A stretch of 56,686 nt of DNA from Thermodesulfobacteriota bacterium. Lineage in GTDB: Bacteria > DASVDK01. The stretch spans positions 1 to 56,686 of the forward strand of contig DASVDK010000171.1 of the NCBI GenBank assembly GCA_036381125.1, read 5' to 3'. Both the position numbers and the translations under genes were made by a program. Numbering within the stretch: the stretch's first letter is position 1; the number at the start of each line of letters is the position of its first letter. Positions 56,383-56,686 of the stretch are shown here, in pieces. The notes under the pieces are model-generated. The model saw only the letters and a list, made by a program, of their open reading frames with translations. It had not been told where the DNA came from and did not search any database.

Positions 56383-56686
56383 CGCGACGATCCTCCTCGG
56401 ACGGCCGCCCGGCCGCGGGCGGTCTCACGCTCGATCGTTAGCGTGAGCGCTCGGAGACCTGCGCGGTATCCGGACGAGTGTGTAGGGGACGACGCCGAGG
56501 AGGCGCCAGGGCGCGGCGTCTCGGCGCGCTCGACCCGAACGTCGCACGTACTCCTCGGAGACCCGAGCGCTCGCCTACAGAACTCTCCCGGTTGTGAGCC
56601 CGCGCAGGTCTGACGAGAATAGTGTGGCCATCGGACGCGGATTCCCTCCCCGAGTGCCTAGCCCCGCGGAGGACCCACGTGACGCG

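Noticed and set aside
1-56686. selA/selB/selC/selD Sec machinery
   Set aside because: Not seen in this window; both tRNAs are Leu (CAG, GAG), not tRNA-Sec. The Sec calls depend on machinery encoded elsewhere.

Overview
High-GC bacterial chromosomal window from a selenocysteine-using organism. Left to right: (1) a Sec-containing formate dehydrogenase operon (alpha, beta, NrfD-type anchor, small lipoprotein, FdhE, hypothetical) converging on fhs, then an OmpA/MotB lipoprotein, a frameshifted cytochrome c peroxidase and a methyltransferase; (2) a ~17 kb catabolic cluster (GntR regulator, three divergent MmgE/PrpD proteins, aldehyde dehydrogenase, class III aminotransferase, hydantoinase/oxoprolinase A+B, CMD protein, TctBAC) ending in a decayed tyrosine integrase at the 3' end of tRNA-Leu(CAG); (3) core genes (aminotransferase, HNH nuclease, CDP-alcohol phosphatidyltransferase, gap-pgk-tpiA-secG, a fourth MmgE/PrpD, tRNA-Leu(GAG)); (4) a second decayed integrase of the same type, then an IclR-TctBAC-UxxC (UGSC-type) selenoprotein-partner cluster, a Sec-peroxiredoxin and TusA/DsrE genes; (5) acetoacetate-CoA ligase, a MASE1/PAS kinase with a NarL regulator, and envelope proteins. 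Three genes that the ORF track splits or truncates are most likely selenoproteins with in-frame UGA and similarly positioned SECIS-like hairpins. The best candidate for an undescribed system is the transporter-coupled UxxC selenoprotein operon at 38.4-44.3 kb. All calls come from reading motifs by eye; no searches were run.
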